Assembly: GCF_009914755.1 (NCBI RefSeq)
Contig: NC_060927.1
From: the human T2T-CHM13v2.0 reference genome, Homo sapiens
Direction: 5' to 3' (one strand)
DNA length: 64,000 bases
Shown here: positions 11,601-25,920 of the stretch, one piece after another
Layout: each line of letters opens with the position of its first letter
How positions within the stretch are numbered: the stretch's first letter is position 1
The notes under the pieces: model-generated
Databases searched by the model: none
What the model was told of the DNA's origin: nothing
Seen by the model: the letters and a program-made list of their open reading frames with translations, nothing else
Program-made: the position numbers and the translations under genes

Positions 11601-14600
11601 GAGTTTAATACACACATCACAAAGCAGTTTCTGAGAATGATACTGTCTAGTTTTTATACGAAGATATTTCCTTTTGTACCATTGGCCTCATACTGCTAGA
11701 ATTTTCCACTTGCAAATTCCACAAAAAGAGTGTTTCCAATCCGCTCTGTCTAAAGGAAGGTTCAACTCTCTGATTTGAATACATACATCCCAAAAGAAGT
11801 TACTGAGAATTCTTCTGTCTAGCATTATGTGAAGAAATCCCGTTTCCAACGAAAGCCTCAAAGAGGTCCAAATATCCAGTTGCAGAATTTACAAACTGAC
11901 TGTTTCCAAACTCATCTATGAAAAGAAAGGTTAAACTCTGGGAGTTGAATGCACATATCACAAAGTAGTTCCTGAGAATGATTCTGTCTAGTTTTCATAC
12001 GAAGATATTTCCTTTTCCACCAATGGCCTCAAAGTGCTTGAAATCTCCCCTTGCAAATTCCACAGACAAGTGTTTCAAATCTGCACTGTCTAAAGGAAGG
12101 TTCAACCCTGTGAGTTGAATACACACACACAGAAAAAAATTCACTGAGAATTCTATTGTCTATCATTACACGAAGAAATCCCGTTTACTACGAAGGCCTC
12201 AAAGAGGTCCAAATATCCAGCTGCAGACATTACAAACTGAGTGTTTCCAAAGTGCTCTATGAAAAGAAGTGTTAAACACTGTGAGTTCAATGCACACATC
12301 CCAAAGCAGTTTCTGAGAATGATTCCGTCTATTTTTTCTACGAAGATATTTCCTTTTCTGCCGTTGGCCTCAAAGCGCTTGAAATCTCCACTTGCAAATT
12401 CCACAAAAAGAGAGTTTCAAATCTGCTCTGTCTAAAGGAAGGTTCAACTCTGTGAGTTGAATACACACCACAAAAAGAAGTTACTGAGAATTCTTCTGTC
12501 TAGCATTATATGAAAAATCCCGTTTCCAACGAAGGCCACAAAGAGGTCCAAATATCCACTTGCAGATTCTGCAAAAAGAGTGTTTCCAAACTGCTCTATG
12601 AAAAGAAACGTTAAACTCTGTGAGTTGAACGCAAACATCACAAAGTAGTTTCTGAGAATGACTCCGTCTAGTTTTTATACGAAGATATTTCCTTTCCTAC
12701 CATTCACTTCAAAGCGCTTGAAGTCTCCCCCTGAAAATTCCACAAAAAGTGTTTCCAATCTGCTCCGCCTAAAGGAAGCTTCAACTCTGTGACTTGAATA
12801 CCCACAACCCAAAGAAGTTACTGAGAATTCTTCTGTCTAGCATTATATGAAGAAATCCCGTTTCCAACGAAGGCCTCAAATACATCCAAATATCCAGTTG
12901 CTGACTTTACAAACTGAGTGTTTCCAAACTGCTCTATGAAAAGAAAGGTTAAACACTGTGAGTTGAACACACACGTACCAAAGTAGTTTCTGAGAATGAT
13001 TCTGTCTAGTTTGCATACGAAGATATTTCCTTTTCTACCATTGTCCTCAAAGCTCTGAAAACTCCACTTGCAAATTCCACAAAAAGAGAGTTTCAAATCT
13101 GCTGTTTCTAAAGGAAAGTTCAACTCTGAGAGTTGAATACACACCAGAAAAAGCAGTTACTGAGAAGTCTTCTGTCTAGCATTATATGAAGAAATCCCAT
13201 TTCCAACGAAGACTTCAAAGAGGTCCAAATATCCACTTGCAGATTCTGCAAAAAGAGTGTTTTGAAACAACTGTATGAAAAGAAAAGTTAAACACTGTGA
13301 GTTGAACGCACACATTGCAAAGCAGTTTCTGAGAATGATTCCGTCTAATTATTATACGAAGGTATTTCCTTTTCTATCATTGGCCTCAAAGCGCTTGATA
13401 CCTCCACCTGAAAATTCCACAAAAAGAGTGTTTCCAATCTACTCTGTCTAAAGGAACGTTCAACTCTGTGAGTTGAATACACACACACAGAAAGAATTCA
13501 CTGAGAATTCTTCTATCTGGCATTACATGAAGAAATCCCGTTTCCAACGAAGGCCTCAAAGAGGTCCAAATATCCACTTGCAGATTCTGCAAAAAGAGTG
13601 TTTCAAAACCGCTCCATTAAAAGGAATGTTGAACTCTGTGAGTTGAATGCAAACATCACAACTCAGTTTCTGAGAATGCTTCTGACTAGATTTTATGGTA
13701 AGATATTTCCTTTTCTACCGTAGGCTTCAATGCCCTCTAAATACACCCTTGCAAATTCTACAAAGAGACTGTTTCATAACTGCTCTATAGGAAGAAAGAT
13801 TCAACTCTGTGAGTTGAATGCAGAGATCACAACGTGGTTTCTGCGAATGATTCTTTGTAGTTTTTACATGAAGATATTTCGTTGTCTATCGTAGGCTTCA
13901 AAGCACTCAAAGTATTCACCTGGAACTTTTACAAAAAGAGTGTTAGAAAACTGCTCTTTCCAAAGTAAGGTTCAACTCTGTGAGTTGAATGCACACATAA
14001 CAATCAAGAAGTTTCTGAGAATTCTTCTGTCCTGGTTTATATGAAGAAATCCCGTTTCCAACGAAGGCCTCAAAGACGTTTAAATATCCACTTGCAGACT
14101 TCACAAACAGAGTGTTTCCAAACTGCTCTATGAAAAGAAAGGTTAAACTCTGTGAGTTGAACGCACACATCACAAAGTAGCTTCTGAGAATGATACTGTC
14201 TAGTTTTTATACGAAGATATTTCCTTTCTACCATTGGCGTCAAAGCGCTAGAATTCTCCACTTGCAAATTCCACAAAAAGAGTGTTTCCAATCTGCTCTG
14301 TCTAAAGGAAGGTTCAACTCTGTGAGTTGAATACACACACACAAAGAAGCTACTGAGAATTCATTTGTCAAGAATTATAAGAAGAAATCCCGTTTCCAAC
14401 GAAGGCCTCAAAGAGTTCCAAATATCCACTTGCACACTGCACAAACTAAGTCTTTCCAAACTGCTCTATGCAAAGAAATGTTCAACTCTGTGAGTTTAAT
14501 ACACACATCACAAAGCAGTTTCTGAGAATGATACTGTCTAGTTTTTATACGAAGATATTTCCTTTTGTACCATTGGCCTCATACTGCTAGAATTTTCCAC

Positions 14601-17600
14601 TTGCAAATTCCACAAAAAGAGTGTTTCCAATCCGCTCTGTCTAAAGGAAGGTTCAACTCTCTGATTTGAATACATACATCCCAAAAGAAGTTACTGAGAA
14701 TTCTTCTGTCTAGCATTATGTGAAGAAATCCCGTTTCCAATGAAAGCCTCAAAGAGGTCCAAATATCTAGTTGCAGAATTTACAAACTGACTGTTTCCAA
14801 ACTCATCTATGAAAAGAAAGGTTAAACTCTGGGAGTTGAATGCACATATCACAAAGTAGTTCCTGAGAATGATTCTGTCTAGTTTTTATACGAAGATATT
14901 TCCTTTTCCACCAATGGCCTCAAAGTGCTTGAAATCTCCCCTTGCAAATTCCACAGACAAGTGTTTCAAATCTGCACTGTCTAAAGGAAGGTTCAACCCT
15001 GTGAGTTGAATACACACACACAGAAAAAAATTCACTGAGAATTCTATTGTCTATCATTACACGAAGAAATCCCGTTTACTACGAAGGCCTCAAAGAGGTC
15101 CAAATATCCAGCTGCAGACATTACAAACTGAGTGTTTCCAAAGTGCTCTATGAAAAGAAGTGTTAAACACTGTGAGTTCAATGCACACATCCCAAAGCAG
15201 TTTCTGAGAATGATTCCGTCTATTTTTTCTACGAAGATATTTCCTTTTCTACCGTTGGCCTCAAAGCGCTTGAAATCTCCACTTGCAAATTCCACAAAAA
15301 GAGAGTTTCAAATCTGCTCTGTCTAAAGGAAGGTTCAACTCTGTGAGTTGAATACACACCACAAAAAGAAGTTACTGAGAATTCTTCTGTCTAGCATTAT
15401 ATGAAAAATCCCGTTTCCAACGAAGGCCACAAAGAGGTCCAAATATCCACTTGCAGATTCTGCAAAAAGAGTGTTTCCAAACTGCTCTATGAAAAGAAAC
15501 GTTAAACTCTGTGAGTTGAACGCAAACATCACAAAGTAGTTTCTGAGAATGACTCCGTCTAGTTTTTATACGAAGATATTTCCTTTCCTACCATTCACTT
15601 CAAAGCGCTTGAAGTCTCCCCCTGAAAATTCCACAAAAAGTGTTTCCAATCTGCTCCGCCTAAAGGAAGCTTCAACTCTGTGACTTGAATACCCACAACC
15701 CAAAGAAGTTACTGAGAATTCTTCTGTCTAGCATTATATGAAGAAATCCCGTTTCCAACGAAGGCCTCAAATACATCCAAATATCCAGTTGCTGACTTTA
15801 CAAACTGAGTGTTTCCAAACTGCTCTATGAAAAGAAAGGTTAAACACTGTGAGTTGAACACACACGTACCAAAGTAGTTTCTGAGAATGATTCTGTCTAG
15901 TTTGCATACGAAGATATTTCCTTTTCTACCATTGGCCTCAAAGCTCTGAAATCTCCACTTGCAAATTCCACAAAAAGAGAGTTTCAAATCTGCTGTTTCT
16001 AAAGGAAAGTTCAACTCTGAGAGTTGAATACACACCAGAAAAAGCAGTTACTGAGAAGTCTTCTGTCTAGCATTATATGAAGAAATCCCATTTCCAACGA
16101 AGACTTCAAAGAAGTCCAAATATCCACTTGCAGATTCTGCAAAAAGAGTGTTTCGAAACAACTGTATGAAAAGAAAGGTTAAACACTGTGAGTTGAACGC
16201 ACACATTGCAAAGCAGTTTCTGAGAATGATTCCGTCTAATTATTATACGAAGGTATTTCCTTTTCTATCATTGGCCTCAAAGCGCTTGATACCTCCACCT
16301 GAAAATTCCACAAAAAGAGTGTTTCCAATCTACTCTGTCTAAAGGAACGTTCAACTCTGTGAGTTGAATACACACACACAGAAAGAATTCACTGAGAATT
16401 CTTCTGTCTGGCATTACATGAAGAAATCCCGTTTCCAACGAAGGCCTCAAAGAGGTCCAAATATCCACTTGCAGATTCTGCAAAAAGAGTGTTTCAAAAC
16501 CGCTCCATTAAAAGGAATGTTGAACTCTGTGAGTTGAATGCAAACATCACAACTCAGTTGCTGAGAATGCTTCTGACTAGATTTTATGGTAAGATATTTC
16601 CTTTTCTACCGTAGGCTTCAATGCCCTGTAAATACACCCTTGCAAATTCTACAAAGAGACTGTTTCATAACTGCTCTATAGGAAGAAAGGTTCAACTCTG
16701 TGAGTTGAATGCAGAGATCACAACGTGGTTTCTGCGAATGATTCTTTGTAGTTTTTACATGAAGATATTTCGTTGTCAACCGTAGGCTTCAAAGAACTCA
16801 AAGTATTCACTTGGAACTTTTACAAAAAGAGTGTTAGAAAACTGCTCTTTCCAAAGTAAGGTTCAACTCTGTGAGTTGAATGCACACATAACAATCAAGA
16901 AGTTTCTGAGAATTCTTCTGTCCTGGTTTATATGAAAAAATCCCGTTTCCAACGAAGGCCTCAAAGACGTTTAAATATCCACTTGCAGACTTCACAGAGT
17001 GTTTCCAAACTGCTCTATGAAAAGAAAGGTTAAACTCTGTGAGTTGAACGCACACATCACAAAGTAGTTTCTGAGAATGATACTGTCTAGTTTTTATACG
17101 AAGATATTTCCTTTCTACCATTGGCGTCAAAGCGCTAGAATTCTCCACTTGCAAATTCCACAAAAAGAGTGTTTCCAATCTGCTCTGTCTAAAGGAAGGT
17201 TCAACTCTGTGAGTTGAATACACACACACAAAGAAGCTACTGAGAATTCTTTTGTCAAGAATTATAAGAAGAAATCCCGTTTCCAACGAAGGCCTCAAAG
17301 AGTTCCAAATATCCACTTGCACACTGCACAAACTAAGTCTTTCCAAACTGCTCTATGCAAAGAAATGTTCAACTCTGTGAGTTTAATACACACATCACAA
17401 AGCAGTTTCTGAGAATGATACTGTCTAGTTTTTATACGAAGATATTTCCTTTTGTACCAGTGGCCACATACTGCTAGAATTTTCCACTTGCAAATTCCAC
17501 AAAAAGAGTGTTTCCAATCCGCTCTGTCTAAAGGAAGGTTCAACACTCTGATTTGAATACATACATCCCAAAAGAAGTTACTGAGAATTCTTCTGTCTAG

Positions 17601-20600
17601 CATTATGTGAAGAAATCACGTTTCCAACGAAAGCCTCAAAGAGGTCCAAATATCCAGTTGCAGAATTTAGAAACTGACTGTTTCCAAACTCATCTATGAA
17701 AAGAAAGGTTAAACTCTGGGAGTTGAATGCACATATCACAAAGTAGTTCCTGAGAATGATTCTGTCTAGTTTTCATACGAAGATATTTCCTTTTCCACCA
17801 ATGGCCTCAAAGTGCTTGAAATCTCCCCTTGCAAATTCCACAGACAAGTGTTTCAAATCTGCACTGTCTAAAGGAAGGTTCAACCCTGTGAGTTGAATAC
17901 ACACACACAGAAAAAAATTCACTGAGAATTCTATTGTCTATCATTACACGAACAAATCCCGTTTACTACGAAGGCCTCAAAGAGGTCCAAATATCCAGCT
18001 GCAGACATTACAAACTGAGTGTTTCCAAAGTGCTCTATGAAAAGAAGTGTTAAACACTGTGAGTTCAATGCACACATCCCAAAGCAGTTTCTGAGAATGA
18101 TTCCGTCTATTTTTTCTACGAAGATATTTCCTTTTCTGCCGTTGGCCTCAAAGCGCTTGAAATCTCCACTTGCAAATTCCACAAAAAGAGACTTTCAAAT
18201 CTGCTCTGTCTAAAGGAAGGTTCAACTCTGTGAGTTGAATACACACCACAAAAAGAAGTTACTGAGAATTCTTCTGTCTAGCATTATATGAAAAATCCCG
18301 TTTCCAACGAAGGCCACAAAGAGGTCCAAATATCCACTTGCAGATTCTGCAAAAAGAGTGTTTCCAAACTGCTCTATGAAAAGAAACGTTAAACTCTGTG
18401 AGTTGAACGCAAACATCACAAAGTAGTTTCTGAGAATGACTCCGTCTAGTTTTTATACGAAGATATTTCCTTTCCTACCATTCACTTCAAAGCGCTTGAA
18501 GTCTCCCCCTGAAAATTCCACAAAAAGTGTTTCCAATCTGCTCCGCCTAAAGGAAGCTTCAACTCTGTGACTTGAATACCCACAACCCAAAGAAGTTACT
18601 GAGAATTCTTCTGTCTAGCATTATATGAAGAAATCCCGTTTCCAACGAAGGCCTCAAATACATCCAAATATCCAGTTGCTGACTTTACAAACTGAGTGTT
18701 TCTAAACTGCTCTATGAAAAGAAAGGTTAAACACTGTGAGTTGAACACACACGTACCAAAGTAGTTTCTGAGAATGATTCTGTCTAGTTTGCATACGAAG
18801 ATATTTCCTTTTCTACCATTGGCCTCAAAGCTCTGAAATCTCCACTTGCAAATTCCACAAAAAGAGAGTTTCAAATCTGCTGTTTCTAAAGGAAAGTTCA
18901 ACTCTGAGAGTTGAATACACACCAGAAAAAGCAGTTACTGAGAAGTCTTCTGTCTAGCATTATATGAAGAAATCCCATTTCCAACGAAGACTTCAAAGAA
19001 GTCCAAATATCCACTTGCAGATTCTGCAAAAAGAGTGTTTCGAAACAACTGTATGAAAAGAAAGGTTAAACACTGTGAGTTGAACGCACACATTGCAAAG
19101 CAGTTTCTGAGAATGATTCCGTCTAATTATTATACGAAGGTATTTCCTTTTCTATCATTGGCCTCAAAGCGCTTGATACCTCCACCTGAAAATTCCACAA
19201 AAAGAGTGTTTCCAATCTACTCTGTCTAAAGGAACGTTCAACTCTGTGAGTTGAATACACACACACAGAAAGAATTCACTGAGAATTCTTCTGTCTGGCA
19301 TTACATGAAGAAATCCCGTTTCCAACGAAGGCCTCAAAGAGGTCCAAATATCCACTTGCAGATTCTGCAAAAAGAGTGTTTCAAAACCGCTCCATTAAAA
19401 GGAATGTTGAACTCTGTGAGTTGAATGCAAACATCACAACTCAGTTTCTGAGAATGCTTCTGACTAGATTTTATGGTAAGATATTTCCTTTTCTACCGTA
19501 GGCTTCAATGCCCTGTAAATACACCCTTGCAAATTCTACAAAGAGACTGTTTCATAACTGCTCTATAGGAAGAAAGGTTCAACTCTGTGAGTTGAATGCA
19601 GAGATCACAACGTGGTTTCTGCGAATGATTCTTTGTAGTTTTTACATGAAGATATTTCGTTGTCAACCGTAGGCTTCAAAGCACTCAAAGTATTCACTTG
19701 GAACTTTTACAAAAAGAGTGTTAGAAAACTGCTCTTTCCAAAGTAAGGTTCAACTCTGTGAGTTGAATGAACACATAACAATCAAGAAGTTTCTGAGAAT
19801 TCTTCTGTCCTGGTTTATATGAAAAAATCCCGTTTCCAACGAAGGCCTCAAAGACGTTTAAATATCCACTTGCAGACTTCAAAGAGTGTTTCCAAACTGC
19901 TCTATGAAAAGAAAGGTTAAACTCTGTGAGTTGAACGCACAGATCACAAAGTAGTTTCTGAGAATGATACTGTCTAGTTTTTATACGAAGATATTTCCTT
20001 TCTACCATTGGCGTCAAAGCGCTAGAATTCTCCACTTGCAAATTCCACAAAAAGAGTGTTTCCAATCTGCTCTGTCTAAAGGAAGGTTCAACTCTGTGAG
20101 TTGAATACACACACACAAAGAAGCTACTGAGAATTCTTTTGTCAAGAATTATAAGAAGAAATCCCGTTTCCAACGAAGGCCTCAAAGAGTTCCAAATATC
20201 CACTTGCACACTGCACAAACTAAGTCTTTCCAAACTGCTCTATGCAAAGAAATGTTCAACTCTGTGAGTTTAATACACACATCACAAAGCAGTTTCTGAG
20301 AATGATACTGTCTAGTTTTTATACGAAGATATTTCCTTTTGTACCATTGGCCTCATACTGCTAGAATATTCCACTTGCAAATTCCACAAAAAGAGTGTTT
20401 CCAATCCGCTCTGTCTAAAGGAAGGTTCAACTCTCTGATTTGAATACACACATCCCAAAAGAAGTTACTGAGAATTCTTCTGTCTAGCATTATGTGAAGA
20501 AATCCCGTTTCCAATGAAAGCCTCAAAGGGGTCCAAATATCCAGTTGCAGAATTTACAAACTGACTGTTTCCAAACTCATCTATGAAAAGAAAGGTTGAA

Positions 20601-20817
20601 CTCTGGGAGTTGAATGCACATATCACAAAGTAGTTCCTGAGAATGATTCTGTCTAGTTTTCATACGAAGATATTTCCTTTTCCACCAATGGCCTCAAAGT
20701 GCTTGAAATCTCCCCTTGCAAATTCCACAGACAAGTGTTTCAAATCTGCACTGTCTAAAGGAAGGTTCAACCCTGTGAGTTGAATACACACACACAGAAA
20801 AAAATTCACTGAGAATT

Positions 20818-23800
20818 CTATTGTCTATCATTACACGAAGAAATCCCGTTTACTACGAAGGCCTCAAAGAGGTCCAAATATCCAGCTGCAGACATTACAA
20901 ACTGAGCGTTTCCAAAGTGCTCTATGAAAAGAAGTGTTAAACACTGTGAGTTCAATGCACACATCCCAAAGCAGTTTCTGAGAATGATTCCGTCTATTTT
21001 TTCTACGAAGATATTTCCTTTTCTGCCGTTGGCCTCAAAGCGCTTGAAATCTCCACTTGCAAATTCCACAAAAAGAGAGTTTCAAATCTGCTCTGTCTAA
21101 AGGAAGGTTCAACTCTGTGAGTTGAATACACACCACAAAAAGAAGTTACTGAGAATTCTTCTGTCTAGCATTATATGAAAAATCCCGTTTCCAACGAAGG
21201 CCACAAAGAGGTCCAAATATCCACTTGCAGATTCTGCAAAAAGAGTGTTTCCAAACTGCTCTATGAAAAGAAACGTTAAACTCTGTGAGTTGAACGCAAA
21301 CATCACAAAGTAGTTTCTGAAAATGACTCCGTCTAGTTTTTATACGAAGATATTTCCTTTCCTACCATTCACTTCAAAGCGCTTGAAGTCTCCCCCTGAA
21401 AATTCCACAAAAAGTGTTTCCAATCTGCTCCGCCTAAAGGAAGCTTCAACTCTGTGACTTGAATACCCACAACCCAAAGAAGTTACTGAGAATTCTTCTG
21501 TCTAGCATTATATGAAGAAATCCCGTTTCCAACGAAGGCCTCAAATACATCCAAATATCCAGTTGCTGACTTTACAAACTGAGTGTTTCCAAACTGCTCT
21601 ATGAAAAGAAAGGTTAAACACTGTGAGTTGAACACACACGTACCAAAGTAGTTTCTGAGAATGATTCTGTCTAGTTTGCATACGAAGATATTTCCTTTTC
21701 TACCATTGGCCTCAAAGCTCTGAAATCTCCACTTGCAAATTCCACAAAAAGAGAGTTTCAAATCTGCTGTTTCTAAAGGAAAGTTCAACTCTGAGAGTTG
21801 AATACACACCAGAAAAAGCAGTTACTGAGAAGTCTTCTGTCTAGCATTATATGAAGAAATCCCATTTCCAACGAAGACTTCAAAGAGGTCCAAATATCCA
21901 CTTGCAGATTCTGCAAAAAGAGTGTTTCGAAACAACTGTATGAAAAGAAAGGTTAAACACTGTGAGTTGAACGCACACATTGCAAAGCAGTTTCTGAGAA
22001 TGATTCCGTCTAATTATTATACGAAGGTATTTCCTTTTCTATCATTGGCCTCAAAGCGCTTGATACCTCCACCTGAAAATTCCACAAAAAGAGTGTTTCC
22101 AATCTACTCTGTCTAAAGGAACGTTCAACTCTGTGAGTTGAATACACACACACAGAAAGAATTCACTGAGAATTCTTCTGTCTGGCATTACATGAAGAAA
22201 TCCCGTTTCCAACGAAGGCCTCAAAGAGGTCCAAATATCCACTTGCAGATTCTGCAAAAAGAGTGTTTCAAAACCGCTCCATTAAAAGGAATGTTGAACT
22301 CTGTGAGTTGAATGCAAACATCACAACTCAGTTGCTGAGAATGCTTCTGACTAGATTTTATGGTAAGATATTTCCTTTTCTACCGTAGGCTTCAATGCCC
22401 TCTAAATACACCCTTGCAAATTCTACAAAGAGACTGTTTCATAACTGCTCTATAGGAAGAAAGGTTCAACTCTGTGAGTTGAATGCAGAGATCACAACGT
22501 GGTTTCTGCGAATGATTCTTTGTAGTTTTTACATGAAGATATTTCGTTGTCAACCGTAGGCTTCAAAGCACTCAAAGTATTCACTTGGAACTTTTACAAA
22601 AAGAGTGTTAGAAAACTGCTCTTTCCAAAGTAAGGTTCAACTCTGTGAGTTGAATGCACACATAACAATCAAGAAGTTTCTGAGAATTCTTCTGTCCTGG
22701 TTTATATGAAAAAATCCCGTTTCCAACAAAGGCCTCAAAGACGTTTAAATATCCACTTGCAGACTTCACAAACAGAGTGTTTCCAAACTGCTCTATGAAA
22801 AGAAAGGTTAAACTCTGTGAGTTCAACGCACACATCACAAAGTAGCTTCTGAGAATGATACTGTCTAGTTTTATACGAAGATATTTCTTTCTACCATTGG
22901 CGTCAAAGCGCTAGAATTCTCCACTTGCAAATTCCACAAAAAGAGTGTTTCCAATCTGCTCTGTCTAAAGGAAGGTTCAACTCTGTGAGTTGAATACACA
23001 CACACAAAGAAGCTACTGAGAATTCTTTTGTCAAGAATTATAAGAAGAAATCCCGTTTCCAACGAAGGCCTCAAAGAGTTCCAAATATCCACTTGCACAC
23101 TGCACAAACAAAGTCTTTCCAAACTGCTCTATGCAAAGAAATGTTCAACTCTGTGAGTTTAATACACACATCACAAAGCAGTTTCTGAGAATGATACTGT
23201 CTAGTTTTTATACGAAGATATTTCCTTTTGTACCATTGGCCTCATACTGCTAGAATTTTCCACTTGCAAATTCCACAAAAAGAGTGTTTCCAATCCGCTC
23301 TGTCTAAAGGAAGGTTCAACTCTGTGAGTTGAATACACACACACAAAGAAGCTACTGAGAATTCTTTTGTCAAGAATTATAAGAAGAAATCCCGTTTCCA
23401 ACGAAGGCCTCAAAGAGTTCCAAATATCCACTTGCACACTGCACAAACTAAGTCTTTCCAAACTGCTCTATGCAAAGAAATGTTCAACTCTGTGAGTTTA
23501 ATACACACATCACAAAGCAGTTTCTGAGAATGATACTGTCTAGTTTTTATACGAAGATATTTCCTTTTGTACCATTGGCCTCATACTGCTAGAATTTTCC
23601 ACTTGCAAATTCCACAAAAAGAGTGTTTCCAATCCGCTCTGTCTAAAGGAAGGTTCAACTCTCTGATTTGAATACATACATCCCAAAAGAAGTTACTGAG
23701 AATTCTTCTGTCTAGCATTATGTGAAGAAATCCCGTTTCCAACGAAAGCCTCAAAGAGGTCCAAATATCCAGTTGCAGAATTTACAAACTGACTGTTTCC

Positions 23801-24045
23801 AAACTCATCTATGAAAAGAAAGGTTAAACTCTGGGAGTTGAATGCACATATCACAAAGTAGTTCCTGAGAATGATTCTGTCTAGTTTTCATACGAAGATA
23901 TTTCCTTTTCCACCAATGGCCTCAAAGTGCTTGAAATCTCCCCTTGCAAATTCCACAGACAAGTGTTTCAAATCTGCACTGTCTAAAGGAAGGTTCAACC
24001 CTGTGAGTTGAATACACACACACAGAAAAAAATTCACTGAGAATT
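20818..24045 (-). repeat. 19-mer variant HOR (3228 bp; 339-bp dimer duplication plus two 1-bp deletions near 22870-22890)
   Basis: Marker spacing 3228. The GAAGCTACTGAG...GCACACTGCAC...CTCATACTGCTAG dimer occurs twice, with the junction at 23297-23323. Confidence 0.93.
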
Positions 24046-25920
24046 CTATTGTCTATCATTACACGAAGAAATCCCGTTTACTACGAAGGCCTCAAAGAGG
24101 TCCAAATATCCAGCTGCAGACATTACAAACTGAGTGTTTCCAAAGTGCTCTACGAAAAGAAGTGTTAAACACTGTGAGTTCAATGCACACATCCCAAAGC
24201 AGTTTCTGAGAATGATTCCGTCTATTTTTTCTACGAAGATATTTCCTTTTCTGCCGTTGGCCTCAAAGCGCTTGAAATCTCCACTTGCAAATTCCACAAA
24301 AAGAGAGTTTCAAATCTGCTCTGTCTAAAGGAAGGTTCAACTCTGTGAGTTGAATACACACACACAGAAAGAATTCACTGAGAATTCTTCTGTCTGGCAT
24401 TACATGAAGAAATCCCGTTTCCAACGAAGGCCTCAAAGAGGTCCAAATATCCACTTGCAGATTCTGCAAAAAGAGTGTTTCAAAACCGCTCCATTAAAAG
24501 GAATGTTGAACTCTGTGAGTTGAATGCAAACATTACAACTCAGTTGCTGAGAATGCTTCTGACTAGATTTTATAGTAAGATATTTCCTTTTCTACCGTAG
24601 GCTTCAATGCCCTCTAAATACACCCTTGCAATTTCTACAAAGAGACTGTTTCATAACTGCTCTATAGGAAGAAAGGTTCAACTCTGTGAGTTGAATGCAG
24701 AGATCACAACGTGGTTTCTGCGAATGATTCTTTGTAGTTTTTACATGAAGATATTTCGTTGTCAACCGTAGGCTTCAAAGCACTCAAAGTATTCACTTGG
24801 AACTTTTACAAAAAGAGTGTTAGAAAACTGCTCTTTCCAAAGTAAGGTTCAACTCTGTGAGTTGAATGCACACATAACAATCAAGAAGTTTCTGAGAATT
24901 CTTCTGTCCTGGTTTATATGAAAAAATCCCGTTTCCAACGAAGGCCTCAAAGACGTTTAAATATCCACTTGCAGACTTCACAAACAGAGGGTTTCCAAAC
25001 TGCTCTATGAAAAGAAAGGTTAAACTCTGTGAGTTGAACGCACACATCACAAAGTAGCTTCTGAGAATGATACTGTCTAGTTTTTATACGAAGATATTTC
25101 CTTTCTACCATTGGCGTCAAAGCGCTAGAATTCTCCACTTGCAAATTCCACAAAAAGAGTGTTTCCAATCTGCTCTGTCTAAAGGAAGGTTCAACTCTGT
25201 GAGTTGAATACACACACACAAAGAAGCTACTGAGAATTCTTTTGTCAAGAATTATAAGAAGAAATCCCGTTTCCAACGAAGGCCTCAAAGAGTTCCAAAT
25301 ATCCACTTGCACACTGCACAAACTAAGTCTTTCCAAACTGCTCTATGCAAAGAAATGTTCAACTCTGTGAGTTTAATACGCACATCACAAAGCAGTTTCT
25401 GAGAATGATACTGTCTAGTTTTTATACGAAGATATTTCCTTTTGTACCATTGGCCTCATACTGCTAGAATTTTCCACTTGCAAATTCCACAAAAAGAGTG
25501 TTTCCAATCCGCTCTGTCTAAAGGAAGGTTCAACTCTCTGATTTGAATACATACATCCCAAAAGAAGTTACTGAGAATTCTTCTGTCTAGCATTATGTGA
25601 AGAAATCCCGTTTCCAACGAAAGCCTCAAAGAGGTCCAAATATCCAGTTGCAGAATTTACAAACTGACTGTTTCCAAACTCATCTATGAAACGAAAGGTA
25701 AAACTCTGTGAGTTGAATGCACATATCACAAAGTAGTTCCTGAGAATTATTCTGTCTAGTTTTTATACGAAGATATTTCCTTTTCCACCAATGGCCTCAA
25801 AGTGCTTGAAATCTCCCCTTGCAAATTCCACAGACAAGTGTTTCAAATCTGCACTGTCTAAAGGAAGGTTCAACCCTGTGAGTTGAATACACACACACAG
25901 AAAAAAATTCACTGAGAATT
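24046..25920 (-). repeat. 11-mer variant HOR (1875 bp; 1016-bp six-monomer deletion)
   Basis: Marker spacing 1875. The junction at 24335-24361 joins sequence equivalent to 886-912 with sequence equivalent to 1902-1928. Confidence 0.95.

Larger units (their letters stand above)
597..20817 (-). repeat. Seven tandem canonical 17-mer HOR units (2891, 2891, 2887, 2887, 2891, 2887, 2887 bp)
   Basis: Marker positions 597, 3488, 6379, 9266, 12153, 15044, 17931, 20818. The 2887-bp units carry a 4-bp deletion (CTTCACAAACAGAG to CTTCACAGAG). Confidence 0.95.
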
